This document shows, piece by piece, positions 34,850 through 48,369 of a DNA stretch of 64,000 bases; positions within the stretch are counted from its first letter, which is position 1, and the number at the start of each line of letters is the position of its first letter. Both the position numbers and the translations under genes were made by a program. The DNA lies in assembly GCA_965113315.1 (NCBI GenBank), contig OZ220371.1; one strand, 5' to 3'. The notes under the pieces are model-generated. The model ran no database searches and was not told the origin of the DNA. It worked only from the letters and a program-made list of their open reading frames with translations. Source of the stretch: Podarcis vaucheri (lineage: Eukaryota).

Positions 34850-35660
34850 CCGAGCTAGCACAACCAGTGCAGCGCTGCGTTGAGCCACAAGGGGGAGCTC
34901 CAGGCTGACAAGCTAGCTGCAACGCACAAATCGTCCAGGAGGGGGAGGCAGTCTAAAGGAACTGCTGCCAGCAAAAAATTCTCCTCCCGTGGCGGCGCGC
35001 CGCTAGCGGCAATAGACAGGCGGGCAGGGGCGCAGGCCGCGGTTCCCGACAACGGGGAAGCGGTCCCGACGTTTTCGCACAGGAGACAGGGGGAAGCCGC
35101 GAATAAAGAGGCCCGGCCCCCAGTACCGATCGCGCCGGCTCGGCGGCGGTAGCGCCGCCCGGGCCGAGCGCCCTCCCCACACGGCCTCCACTCACACCCC
35201 GCGCGGCCTGCAGGGACGGGCAAGATCCGCCTCCAAGCGGCGCCTCCCGAACCTCTGTAGGCCGAAAAGGCCCCTGATGCCGCCGGGGCTGGACGCAGGC
35301 CCCGCTCTCCGGCGCCTCCACGTGCCGCGCGGCCCACAAGGACACCCTCCCCACGGGCCTTACAAGCGGCTGAAACAGACTCCTTCCCTCCGCGGCGCTT
35401 GGAAGCCGCGAGAAGGTACAAAGTAGATGGGGGGGAAGGGGAGGTGGGGGGGTTCCGGAGCTCCGCGGGACCACTGCTAGGCCCGCGCGGCTCGTGAGAG
35501 ATGGGGGGGATGAAGTGGGATGGTGGGGAGGGAATATTGTTTTAAAAACCGGGCCCTGGCGGCAGCGGGCAGTCGGCTGCGGTCGCCCCGAAATTCGGTG
35601 GAAAACCGCTATGCCTAGCCCCAAGGCAGGGCCCGGCAGGCCGGGGGGGGGAACCCACCC
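34850..35660. promoter_or_regulatory. CpG-island-like GC-rich 5' leader of the Ngaro element
   Basis: Dense CpG and very high GC compared with CpG-depleted flanking DNA; lies between A1 and gag. Confidence 0.55.
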
Positions 35661-35905
35661 TCTAGCCTTGTCTATAAGCCCCTTCCTTTTCTTTTATTGT
35701 TTAAACTAAGAAGGGGCCCGAAGCGAGAAGAGAGGAATATAATTAAAAGGAAGATGGGGGGAGGGAAGAACGGGGGGGGGGTTGATGGGAGGGAATTAAG
35801 TAGATAAAGGGGAATTAAGGAGGAAAGGACGATTGCAACAGCAAACTAACTAGGCCCGGTAAAACCGAAAGTAGCAAAACAGTACAACCGTCTCAACGCA
35901 GCTCC

Positions 35906-36126
35906 TGATCCGAAGCAAACGGCCAAGAGGAAGTCCAACCCCTGGCTCCCTATATTTATAGACTCTAACTCCTCCCCTGAATTTAGCAACATACAAAACT
36001 CCCCAGCAACCCAATATTAGCCTTTTAACAGGCTTGGGGTTTTTCCTCACAACTGCCTAAATCATGGCAAGGTGGCATGTTTCCCCAACCGCAACCCGTG
36101 CTCTCTGGTTAGGGAGAACACGCTTT
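35906..36126 (-). repeat. Ngaro split direct repeat A1 (5' terminus, 221 bp)
   Basis: Identical by eye to 29116-29336; begins AAAGCGTGTTCTCCC on the minus strand. Confidence 0.95.
35925..35960 (-). promoter_or_regulatory. Putative TATA box and pyrimidine initiator in repeat A1 (duplicated in A2 at 29135-29170)
   Basis: Minus-strand TATAAATATA at 35960-35951, followed by CTTCCTCTT about 27-35 nt from the TATA start. The CTTCCTCTT motif is retained in the diverged solo unit near 23283. Confidence 0.5.
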
Positions 36127-36818
36127 ATCTGTCATATAAAATATGTTTACATTTTTAAATGTAAGCTGCTTGGATACTTTTTAGGGAACAAGTGGTCAAT
36201 AAGGCTAATAATGATGGCAAAAGATGTCTCCTTTTGCAGCTGCTGAGGTGTTAATAATCACTTGTAGGACAAAAACAAAGATGCCACACCAAAAATATTT
36301 GGATTTTTATTGCTGCAACAGACACAGCTACCACCTTGGCAACTTTAGGGACAGTAATGTTTTCCTGCTATGTATTTTGGTAGCCTCAGAGCAAAAGAAA
36401 ACAAGCTTGCTCCATTCACCATGTGACAGCCTTTAGATATTTGAAGATGACTATCATATCTCATCTCAGTCTCCTCCTTTCCAGGCTATACATACCCAGT
36501 TCCCTCAATCGTTCCTCATAAGGCTTGTGATGCAGTTCTCCAACCAAATTATGTGCAAAAAATTGCACAGATTAGGGGAACACATGAATAAAAAATACCC
36601 ATATTAGTGAAAATAACACACACAAATACATTACGTTAGGGAAAATAGCTTGCAAAAATGCACACATTAGGAGAAATTTGCACTAAAAAGCTGATAATTT
36701 TCATAAGGGCTTAAAATTGGAAAGATGAGAAACGTTGAGAGCTACAGCTCCGGACAGATGCCAATTTCTAACTTAGCACCTGATCTGTTTGCTGACTTGA
36801 CAGCAGTAGCATAGCATA

Positions 36819-36821
<3 letters not shown>

Positions 36822-36856
<35 letters not shown>
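36822..36856. repeat. (CT)n microsatellite
   Basis: Direct reading. Confidence 0.95.
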
Positions 36857-36858
<2 letters not shown>

Positions 36859-37623
36859 GCAAAGGATACTGTGACAAACAGAAATGTCCAAAAGTTAGAA
36901 GCATTTACAGACAAAGCAAATGAGGTTTTGAACCTCAGGAGTCAAACCTGCTCAGCTTTGTTGCTTGCTGCCCTCAGTCACCATGGTAGTGCTGTTATCT
37001 TCCATTATGAAGTGCCCTTAAACACGTAAAGTGTCACTGCTTTTCTTTTATTAATGTGACCTGCACAATCTGCAACAGTGTATAAAGTCCAGAAGCAGCT
37101 AAATGCTAGGAAAACCTCAGAAAAAAAATCGACAATTGGTAGGGCGTTTACTGTTACCAAAAAAGCTCATTGGCGTTTCTTTCCTCATTAGATTGTGCTG
37201 CTATTATGTGAACTAAGAGTTCTTTGCTGATCTTTGCTATGTGTGAAGAATAACTGAAGAACTTAATAAGGACTCGGACTTATGATCTCATTAATAAGAT
37301 TTAAATTGCTGATTTAAGTTGCCTTTGTCTGTGGCAAGGTATGCAGTCTTTTATTCTATCTTTCCAATTTCCCTTGGTTAACAGAACTCTGATAGCTGTC
37401 CAAGTTTTATTCAATATATTCACGTATCAGAGCTTTGAGTACCTTTGACAAGTATTAAATGTGATTATGATTATTTTATTATTTGTATAGCACCATCTGT
37501 GTACATGGATTTTTACAAAGAATGAGAGAAAAAGTTCCTAACCCCAGTGGGGGTTTAAAAGCTGGAAAACAGACACAGTGGAGATAACAGAGAATAGAGA
37601 GAGGAATGGATAATGTTTAGAAG

Positions 37624-37780
37624 ATGTTTAGAAGACATCTGAAGGCAGCCCTGTTTAGGGAAGTTTCTAATGACTGGTGTTTTAATGTATTTTTAATCTT
37701 TGTTGGAAGCCGCCCAGAGTGGCTGGGGGAACCCAGCCAGATGGGCAGGGTATTATCATTATTATTAATATTATTATTAT
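37624..37780 (+). mobile_element. L2 extreme 3' end
   Basis: FRRHLKAALFRE peptide, 3' stem-loop and (ATT)n tail, as at 18085-18246. Confidence 0.85.
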
Positions 37781-37861
37781 GTCAGGATAGACAAGAGAAT
37801 AATTTCAATCATTTCTCTTTTATGTACTTAGGGTTAATTATGGTAGAAAGGGAGGAAAACC

Positions 37862-38001
37862 TAGAGTTGCCATATTTCAAAAAGTAAAATTCTGGACACC
37901 CGGAAAGTTGTTGAGTTGTTTCCCCCGACATTTTGCCAATTTAGCAAAATCACCCCTTGACACCATTTTTACAGGAATTTTCCTGACGTATGGCAAGCCC
38001 A
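37862..38001. mobile_element. hAT-type MITE relic
   Basis: Imperfect TIRs TAGAGTTGCCATA...TATGGCAAGCCCA. Confidence 0.5.
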
Positions 38002-40374
38002 GGAACACCTCTTTTGAGGACCTTATTCATGGGTCACATATGGGTGGTGCCAGAGTAAAAGGTGTGCTGGGATGAAGCCAAAAATGGGTGAGCCCAGAAC
38101 CCAAGGTGAGGGGCACCCATTTCTTTCTTTCTGCCTCTTCTTTTGGTACCTCCTCCCCACACTTTCCTTGCCCCACACGTAAAAACAGGGCAAGGGTTGC
38201 ATGAACTTGAGCCACAGCTGTGGTAATGGTGAACATTAGGTTAAGGCTGGGTTAAGACATCTATGTCTGAGTGTGAGTTAAGCCATGAAAATGGTATGGG
38301 TTGCCACCACATTTGTTGAGTGTACATCCAGTAGAGGCTGGTGAGGTGTGTGTGGAGCTGGCAGCAAAACAAAAGAAGCTCTAAGCCACCATATTTTCCT
38401 CATCCCCACCTATACATCTTTTGACCAACTTCTATGAATTGATGGTGGAAGGGAGACCCTCACTGGTTTGGCTTAATTCCTTGCAATTTGGAGACCTTTG
38501 CATAAAAAAAACCCAAATGTGATTTGAACTCTGCTTTTGCTGAGGACTTTAATTCTGTGGAAATTTGCATAGTAACATTTGCTTGCCTCTCTGTTAGCAC
38601 AGGAGCATTATTAAAAAAAGGTGAGAGGCTTAGATATGATGGTTCATAATGTACTTATTCAATAAGAACATATTAAAATTATGATTAAAATAAAATATCT
38701 AATGAAAAAGGATTAAGCTGCTTTAGTGTTTCATTTCCCTTTTCACATGATAGTATGGTGAGCAAATGATTCAACAGTTGAAGGCTGAAAGAATGTCCTA
38801 AGCTACTGATATGCTGGAAAGCCCATTCAAGTGGAATTTTCAACAGCTGTTTGCAGGCTTCATTAACACAGAACTTGAATTTCTTGATGATCTGTGCCTA
38901 GCTGTAATGATAAAGTCTTTCTTAAGGGAGAACTAGAAAGAACAGAAGAATGCATAAATAAACTCTCTAATCAGCTAGCAGAGACCTTAAAATGGAAAAG
39001 GAAGCGTCCAATCTGACTAACGAAGGCTGGGATTATCGTGGATCAATATGAGGTTTCTGAATTGGAAAAATGATTCAAAGCAAAAGTGGAAAGAAGAGAT
39101 TTCATTCTTTGGTAGAATTTTGAAGGAAAAGGACAGGGTCCATGTTTGAAGCATTATCTGAATTATTAACAAGTATATTTGGAAAGCTTTTGATATGACA
39201 AATGTGTATACTTTTTAGGTATTCAAATGCAATAAAAAAAACACCACTAAATTTGGTAATGGGATACTTAATCCCTAGCAGAAATATAATCATACCAGTG
39301 TCTTGTTTTTATGATTCTGTTGTTTTTTATTTTTTTTAGTGTTGTATATATTTTATTCATTGATATACTTTGATCTTTATTTGCTGTTGCATAACACCCT
39401 CGGATGCTTTGGAGGCAGGGTGATTAAGAATTGCAATCAATAATAAGAATAGATGAAAGCTTTTAAAATTTAAATTCAACCACTTTCCCACAAGATCAAG
39501 AGCAGTCAATGTGATGGCCTCCAGATTTTGTTGGGCTACAACTCCTGTCATTTCTGGTCATTCCCAATGTTGACTGGAGCTGGACACCACTAGGCCTATG
39601 AATCAAACTAGAAGCAGTGGAAGTCATTAAGATGACTGCAAAGTAAACACATAAGGGGAGCCCACCTGTCCATCTTATTTCTTGCAACTGGTCCAGCAGG
39701 TGGCATTGGCTGTCAGGTTCCTCTTCGGTAGCCTCAGTGTTTCTGTTGTCAGCAGAGAGGAGGATGGGGGCAAAACTAGAATTGTCGGGGATCTACTATG
39801 GTCTTCTGCTCCACCACCCACCACTGTCTGCTCAATCCCCAGTAGCGATGCCAGTATTAAGAGAGTGGCTCTTTAGCCACCAAACTGGTTGTTACTGATT
39901 TATACATTTAATTGGGATTATTCTCCCCCCATCCCAACTCTAAGTGCTACTAAGTGGACTATGAGTAAGAAGAAGCATGATAGAAACTGAAATTGACAAA
40001 TGTGGCCCACTGGGGTCAGGAAAATTGTGCTCTCCTTCATATGATGGTATATGGAACAGTTCTGTTAAAATAAAAGTTCTATTGCTGAAACTTTACAAAT
40101 GCATGCACTGTGAGCTACATACATCTGCTGCTGCTGAGAGAGAGCTTTTAGGCTTGCCTTGGTGTGTTTGTTCATTCTGCTGCTTTACATATCCTTTGAT
40201 TCTTGATTAAAGCTAGCTTCAGATCACCTCTTGAAATTTCCTGTGCGAAGCCTATACACAATGCACATGATTGTACGGAACCTCCATGGCTACAGATGGG
40301 ATATTGGCTAGCAGGGGGAATTGCGTTAAATTTACAGTACTAGGAAAAAGGCTGATTTGTGAACAACAATTCCT

Positions 40375-40770
40375 CTTGGATTACCACAATGCATTATATG
40401 TGAGCCTGCCCTTGAAAATGACTATTGTTTCTATTGCTGTGGAATGGGCCTGCCAGAACTTTGACTGATATTGCCAGATTTATGCACATCATGGGCAGTT
40501 TTAAAAGCACCAGCTACCTGTCTGCTTCCAGGCCCACTTCAAAATGGTAGGATTTACCTTTGAAGTCACAAATGGCCTGGAACCCAAATAGCTGGAAGAG
40601 TGCCTCCTGGTGCTGAGGCCACTTTTCAAGTATAATTTGTGATAAAAAAATGAAAGAGTATTTTCAGCAGTACCACCCTGTTGATAAAATGCTCTCCTAT
40701 AGAAGCTCCCCTGGCACCCTCTTACAATATTTTCACTCACACCATTTTTTCAATGAGGCATTTGAATCTG
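40375..40770 (+). mobile_element. Old L2 3' relic
   Basis: LDYHNALYVSLPLK peptide and degenerate downstream L2 motifs. Confidence 0.65.
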
Positions 40771-42176
40771 TATATGTTTTCAGAATTAATGAGTTTTTCT
40801 CTCTCCTGTTTCATTTAATGATTGATCTAATTGATCGTGTGCCTTCTTGAAATTCTACACAGAACAAAGGACATACTGTAATGATGTTTTAAATAAATGA
40901 ATAAGAAAACAAGTTGGCTATTGCATCATGTGGATACAGAACGAGAAAATAATGGAGAATAAAAGGCAACTGTGGATCCTTCCATAGTATTCCACACAAT
41001 GATGTCTGGCAGTGACACTGCAGCCAACTTTCTCAGGCAGATTATTTCTCTCAGATCATCCCCTCCCCTGCCTGCAAAAGAAGTCACTAGTAATCCCATA
41101 AATCACACTGAAAACAAACAAGGCAACAACTTATCACTGTTGAGTGGGAAGGTTTTGATGATAAAGGGGACTGCTTGTAAGTAGAGGGAAATCAAAATTT
41201 TGAAGCCTTGAATGGCTTAGACAGTTTTTCTGCCTGCCAGGACAGAATACCAGATGTGAAATCTAATGTGTAAAGTACCCTTAGCTAAATAATATAAGAA
41301 TCATCCCCTGGTAGAATTAATGAACGCTACAAGGGAGATGAATTATCCAGTTGAAAGCTGTAAACAGCACAGGGTATGGAAGATATGTGACTTCAAGTAT
41401 CATAGGAGCAACAGGTAAAGATTACCCAGAGAACTCCATTTTTTTCCAGAGATTAGGTGGGATGGGGAGACTAGAGGAAGAGAGGGATAGAGCCTGTGAG
41501 GGAGTAAAAACAAGAGACAAAAAGAACATTTTGTTCTTCCTGGAAATGTGTTCAGACAGAAGCTGCTTCATTTATGAAGAATCTTCTCCAGGCAGTTAAT
41601 TAGCTTTGTCAGTCAGTTCTCACCAACCAGATTATTGAACTGTTTCATATTTGAAATTCTTTAAACTAACATCTTGACATTGCCGGTAGGTGTGTTAATA
41701 ATATGAAGACATGAGAAGAATTTATTAGCTTTGGTGTGCTGTCTGTGAATGTAGTAGCGAGTTGCTTCAGATTATCCAAACACAGCTTGAGCTTTCTACT
41801 GAAAAGTTATAATTGCATTTTGAAAATGCTATTAGCTTTCTTTGAGGTAGCAAATGGCAATATCATTGTGTAGGATGCGCTGTGTACATAATAATGAATC
41901 CTAATGCAGCAAGTGCCAGTTTTTACACGCATCAGGCCGCTAAAGAGAAAAGCAAGAGTGGATGTGGTTGTGCTTCTAGGTTTCTTTAAAAAAAAAGTCT
42001 TTTCACTTACCTGATTGAAGGATTTTTAAGAACTGAAACTCTTGGCTCATCATCATTGATCATGAAAGCAGAGCTAAACCTGTGTTCCAGGCATTTAGAC
42101 AATCTACATACATGTCTCCTGCCTGCTTTGTAATAATTATCAAAGTGTGAAGCAAATTGCTAGGCAAAGCACATAT

Positions 42177-42690
42177 TGTACCTGCCCTGCCCTACCCCAG
42201 CCAAGGAAGGCGCACGACTGATAGCTACGACTTTATTGACAAAAGAAACACTTACAGAAAGTCCTTTAGTGCTCCAGATGTGCGCATGAGCATGTGCACA
42301 CACTTTTCTAGGCACTAGGCAGCTGTCCCTCAGATCTGTGCCACTGTTGCAGCAGCAGTGAGACTCCACTCCTCCGTTGGCTTATATAGCCTCCCCTGAC
42401 GGGCTGCGCGTTCATGACCTGAAATCTCTCCTGCACAGAGGTTGTTGCTGCTCTTCTTGCTTCATGCCTCCTAATTCTAGGAGACAGTGGAGTAGAGAAA
42501 AGTGGGGAGTCTATTGACCCAACTGTCACCAGAATCGCCTCTTCTTATGCCACATCCTGTTTGCCTTCCTCCTCAGATAGCCCTGAGGTTTCCTGCTCTC
42601 CCTGCCCTGGCTCCTTCCTTGCAGGTGGCACCAAACCCCATAAATCACTTCTTGTGGGTCACTCCCCTGGTTTCCTGTCTCTACCACACA
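42177..42690 (-). mobile_element. Possible solo LTR
   Basis: TG...CA ends; minus-strand TATA (~42385) upstream of AATAAA (~42235); GC-richer than flanks; no clean TSD. Confidence 0.4.
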
Positions 42691-45507
42691 TTCTTTGGAT
42701 CTCTGCCAGTCCCTTCCTTTTTTCATCTGTGTTGGGCCCAGTGGCTGGAAGCCACTACTTAGGGGACTTTTTTTACCTGGCAATTATCAGTCAGCCACAG
42801 AAGTACAGCCCAAGAATGTGTTTTGCCAGGAGTTAACAGACTGCATACAAATATATTTTCGAATAAAATACCCTAAGAAGTTGACAAATTTTCACGAGGT
42901 TTTCTTATATCTTGTAGCTTGCTGGAGAAATGCGAAGAACTGAAGATATGAGTCCTGAGAAACTAAAAGAAGTGAACTTGACAGATTATTCAATCTCTAG
43001 AAATGTTATTCAAGCACTAGAAATGTTATTCAGTCATCCACTGGGTTTTGTTATTTCAATAGGCATTACCAATGTACTTTATTTATTTATTTATTTATGG
43101 ATAAATGTGTAAACTACACATTCGGCAACAAAGATTCCGGTGTTGGGGTAGAATAAGAACAGCACAATATTGTTATGGGGGATGTCTGCTTTCTCTTAAA
43201 AAACAAACAAAAAACCTTACACATAAATTGCAGTTTGCTGGAATGTCCCTCTTGTTTATAGGTAGTGTGGTTTTGACTGCATAAGCTTAGCCACTTGCAA
43301 GGCTTGAATCGGTTATTTCTATATAGATGGAAACTTCCTGCCTGCAATCATAACAGATGGTAAAACTGATACTAAATCCGAATTTCATAGTAACTTTACT
43401 TTTTGCTTTTCTAAAGAAGTTGAGACTCTTCCTTCAAAGAATATCAGATTGTGACATATATTTTTTTTTAAAAAAGTTTATCACCACAGGTGCAGTTTTG
43501 TTAAATGCTACCTCACCTTAATGAGTCCTTCCACAGATGTAGGCTGAGGGCAGACCGTGTTTCCCCCCCTATGCATTTAATACTAGATGTGGAGCAAAGG
43601 TTAAGTGGTTAAATGTAATGAATGCATGGAAATAATTCTGCTGTTTTCTAATGTGCAAAACAAGTACAATATAAGGTTGGTATAGGTTTAAACTAAGAAA
43701 TAGATACTGTTCTATTATTCTCCAGCTTTGTTTAAAATGTTCAATTATACATATAAGTAAACAATAGGACCAGCAAATTAGTGGACCTAATAAAGAAGCG
43801 TGCAAAAATAGTCACAGACAATGCAATTATTGCTTCAGCCTATGAAGAAATTCTTTGCCTCAGCAATGAAAGCTGAAGTCATTACTTTGGGTTAGCCTTT
43901 TTGCCTTAAATGTATTCCAGCTGATGAGGGCAAGTGAATATCTTTAATAGTTCATAATCAGTGGCTTTACAGTTGCTGCGGAATAATCTACTGCCAGAGG
44001 TAGTTCAGAATTTAAAGCGGCCAAATAAACAGATAGACACAGAGTCTGGGTTGAACTAGGGGCACTTTATTTAACATGAAACCCACAACAACCTCTTGCA
44101 ATCCCACACTATTGGTGTGGGAGCAAATTTCTGGCTGAAGCAACTGCAGCCTCTAGGGCAACCCAAACCCCTGCCTGCAGGAACTGGAGGCCAAGCTGGA
44201 GACGGCACCTTATTCATAGACCACACCATGAGGGTGAGTGGGAAGGCCTGCTCCCCATCCCCCAAAGCCCCATAGTTCTGGGCTGATCCCCACATAGTCT
44301 GCTTGGTGGCTGAGGAAGCTGCCAGAAGGAAAGACATTTAAAATCCTTTTCCATCACTAGGATAATATTTATAGAAGTAGACATTGGCTGTGCCATCTTT
44401 CAAGTAAAAGTGCATTATAGAATTTCCATTACAAATTACAATAAATTAAAAAAGTTTACAATTATAGACCCTATACCTTGTGGTACCACCTCCTTTTTTG
44501 AAACTGGTGGTAGAGTATGGAATCAGCAATGCAGCAAGAAACTCTAACTTTATACCCTTAATTAGACAGTTTAATTCCCTTTAATTTTGCTAAAATACAC
44601 ACATTAGGGAGATGTGCATTAGGCATGATAATATGTTTGCTGGCACATGTATATCTTTGTATTTTCATTTGTACACATTTTAGCTTAGAAAGAGGACCTA
44701 TCCTAATGATGGTTTGGAAATCTGTTTTCAGTTCATTTATATGCAGTCTCACTTAACTGAGAATTTTTTTTGTATGCTCTTCCTCAATTATACATTCTGC
44801 TTTCTTCCTTTCTTTTTTTAATTAATGGGTTTCATCACCATTAGTCAGACTACTAGAGATGGAGCAATTGGTCACAGTGTATTTGTTTCCCCCCTCTGCA
44901 TTTCTTTCTACAGTGCAATGCTTGCTGTGCTAAAGACTTGAACAGGGAAAGATGTAGGCCAGGCCTGTTAAGATAACAAACTCTGTGAAAGAGAGATATG
45001 GATCTTGAAGTTGATTGAAAAGTTTCTTGGAGACAGGAGGAATAGCTTCCAAGGCTAAGCAAATAAATAAAGCAAAAACCAGCCATTGATTTTGTTCTCC
45101 TTTTATGTATATAAAAAAAGTCATGCATTCAGATATGACGAATACTAATCTAAGCAGGATGCTTCATCTTTATGGTTTTATAATTGCTGTTTGTAATAAA
45201 TCAGGACTGAGAGAGGTTTGCTTCTTAAAAATCGTTCATTGTATTAAGTCCCTAGACTCCTTTAGAAGATGTTTTTGACTATTAAGCTTCTGGCTAATCT
45301 AATAGTATTGGTGCTGAACAAGTGCCAAAGGCTCTTTGGCATTCAGCAAGCTAAAGAAGCACCACTGCGACTCCAGCCTTAATCATTGAAATATGTAGCA
45401 AAATTAACTGCAGAGTGTTTGAGATAAGCCACAAGAAAGAAACCAACTACAGTGGATTAGGGCAAAGTAAAAACATTCCACAGGAACCTGGTATTCTTTT
45501 ACTTGTA

Positions 45508-45856
45508 CAGTGGTGCCTCGCAAGATGAAAAGAATCTGTTCTGTGATTCTCTTCGTCTAGCGGTTTTTTTTCCGTCTTGCGAAGCAAGCCCATTGAAGGA
45601 TTAGCGGATTAGCGCTATTAGAGGCTTTTAGCTGCTTTTAGCGGCTTATCTGCTGATCGGATCAGCTGATAAGCGGTTTAGCGGCTTAGAAAAAGGGGGG
45701 GGAGAAGAAAAAAAAACCAGCAGGAACTCGCAAGACATTGTCGTTTTGCGAAGCAAGCCCATAGGAGATTCGTTTTGCGAAGCACCTCCAAAACGGAAAA
45801 CTTTCGTCTAGCGAGTTTTCCGTCTTGCGAGGCATTCGTCTTGCGGGGCACCACTA
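45508..45856. mobile_element. Tc1/mariner MITE of the same end-family as 15957-17092 (opposite orientation)
   Basis: TA|CAGTGGTGCCTCGCAAGA...TCTTGCGGGGCACCACTA|TA; subterminal ~110 bp matches 15957-16070 in reverse. Confidence 0.88.
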
Positions 45857-46125
45857 TAGTGCAAAGATCCCAAATGCCTTACCTTGAGGATCAGGTATTT
45901 CTTCAGTAGTTGATTGCCGATAGTCAGTCTGCCACTTTTCTTCCATCTTAATTTGAAAGTATTGCAAACACAATCAGTTTTGTTCAGTCCTAGGCTTTAG
46001 TACTTTGAGGGGAGCCAGCAGTGCTTTTGCTCCAGAGGTATAGGAAGCATTCCTTTGTGCTGCCTTGATATATGAATTTCTATGGCTCTAGGAACACCTG
46101 AAAACAAAGAAGAGACCACCCCTGT

Positions 46126-46373
46126 TGTTGAATAGTGGAAAAGATGGACGAAGGACACAGCTCTGTTGGATTCACAGCTCTTTATTGCAGTAGTTAGAAC
46201 TGCTCCTGGAATCAGACTGACTGCAGCCTAGCTGGCTGCTTTATATAATACTAAGTAACTTGAAACAGTAACAACTTACAACTAGCTAACCAATCAGGAG
46301 CAACAGTTTTCAATCCTTCATTTACATATTGGTGGCCCTGAGTGAGAACTGCAACTAATCTTAATACATAACA
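46126..46373 (-). mobile_element. Solo LTR (248 bp) of an LTR retrotransposon
   Basis: TGTT...AACA ends; 5-bp TSD CCTGT at 46121-46125 and 46374-46378; minus-strand TATA (~46240) then AATAAA (~46180). Confidence 0.85.
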
Positions 46374-48369
46374 CCTGTTCTGTAAGAATTCATAGATGTT
46401 TCAGACATGAGGGAGTAGCTATAATGAATGGTAGATGACCAGTTGTAGCGTCTTAATAGTTAAGCTCCTTGGAGATACACGTAGAAAGAATAACTCCCGG
46501 AAGTAAACAAATAAAACGAAACCACCACACTGCTTTTGAAGGTATAGTGCACTTTTGGGGCTGGCTAACGGGTAACATTCTTTTAAGAGAAGGTGTCTAT
46601 GAACCATATGTGTACTGACAACTGTGTAAAATACTACCTTCGGAACATTATTGATTTTGGATTATCGTACTAGAAAATTAAAGGGTACTTTTAATTCTTC
46701 CAACATGCCAAGATGTCAAGAACCCTACTTGATGGCAGAGATTTTGAAGTTTTCAGATATTTGGAAGAATTATTATTCAGGAGTGTGTAGGTCCCAGGGC
46801 AATTGTTAACAGGGTTAGGTCAACTCTTCCTGCTCTTTGTTGTTGTTCTTCTAACAACACTTTACAGAAAAGGCATGGGTTTAATATTTTATGAGTGTGC
46901 TATGTAATAGTCCAGGGCCTAGGCCAAGATTTGCTGCTATACCAGTGTCTTTCTACAATAACATTTCTTAAGCAGGAGTACAAGCAGAAAACTCTTTTCA
47001 TCTAATTGAGATCTAGGCAGTTAGGCACTACATTTCATGGGAAGGTAAATTTTAATGACTTGCACAAGGCCTGAAGTGGTCACTTCACACAGCATGACTT
47101 GTACAATCCATTGATAAGGACGGTATTTTCAATGCTCTAAGGATTTCCACTGGACTAAATTTTTGTTCTCAAGCTGTTCTGCTTATGTGTTTCTCTGAGA
47201 TGTCATCATGAAGAGACATAAATGCACCATTGCCAGTAGGAATGATGGTGTTCAGGTTTATTTTTCTGTCTTAGGTGTCCCCAGGGAAGCAATTTCTGCT
47301 TTGATTAGGTGTCTGCTTGATGTCCAGTTTCAGGCACTTGAAAATGTCCTGTAGTTAAATTCTAAGGAAACAGAGATTATTTTAGTTGACCCCCGCTGCC
47401 TTCTGAATGACATCCTAGCCTTTGCAGCTCCTTTTGATGATTGAATTGTAGAGTTTCCTATTGGATTTGGGACTGTTGGATTGTTTACAGTGCTGAATTT
47501 GTTGTATGATTATTTTTTTTTGCAGCTGCATTTGTCCCAGACATTATAAGATTAATATCAAAGGTTCAAAAACTAATTCAAAACAAAACAACAACAACAT
47601 TACACTATATTCAACTAATATTGGATGCCAAGGTAAGCTTGAGTAAACATATATATTTCTAACAGTTTCTAACTACAGTAGGTACCTGTTGAATCTCAGA
47701 GCTTGTCATATCGTTCCCCGGGCTGCAGGTCACTGTGTACAAGGTCCTCCCCCAAGTTGCAGCCTGCACCATAACTAATAGGACTGTCTGCAAACATCTT
47801 AATTGGTGGACAAGTCTATAATAGGAGAAGGTGTTCTTTTAGACAATCTGGTCCTAAGTTGTTTATGGCTTTATAACAAAACCTTAAACTTTGCTTGGCA
47901 GCATAGGAGTGGCTAGTGCTTTTCCTTTAACAGATGCTATATGCAGGTGGTAGAATGATAACAAGTTTAATTAATTAATTAATTATTATTATTATTATTA
48001 TTATTATTAATAATAATAGGAGTAGGACTGTAGATGTAAAACTGCTGTTAAGGCTAGTTCAGAAGATGCATCTGGTGCAAAATCCCATGTCTATTATTTT
48101 TAATTAAACTTGTTAGTCACTTACTATCCAAAGGTCAAAAAGAATCTCAATTTCCAGTGTCATTTTTCTAGAAAAAGAAGTGTGTAATGTATTCACCAGT
48201 ATTCTTTTCAGAATATACCTAGAAAGCAACTTGCTATCTGTCTGGGCGAACATAGGAATGGACCGTGCCGCTTTTAAATGTGATTGCTCATAATGTTGTT
48301 CTGTTCAGTTTCTGCATTAATTGCATTTTTTAAATCCAATTGAAAATTGACACTTAAATATGTATATAA

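Larger units (their letters stand above)
28489..36126 (-). mobile_element. Full-length Ngaro-clade (DIRS-order) tyrosine-recombinase retrotransposon with split direct repeats A1-gag-RT/RH-YR-SGNH-B1-A2-spacer-B2
   Basis: Four uninterrupted minus-strand ORFs with Gag zinc-finger, RT/RNase H, YR and SGNH motifs. Repeat A at 35906-36126 and 29116-29336; repeat B at 29334-29785 and 28489-28940. No methyltransferase ORF and no inverted terminal repeats, so Ngaro-like rather than DIRS1-like. TTT at both termini. Confidence 0.95.

Noticed and set aside
34855-35624. 188-aa and 223-aa minus-strand ORFs in the Ngaro leader
   Set aside because: Low-complexity GC-rich translation without motifs; likely spurious, though a uORF cannot be excluded.
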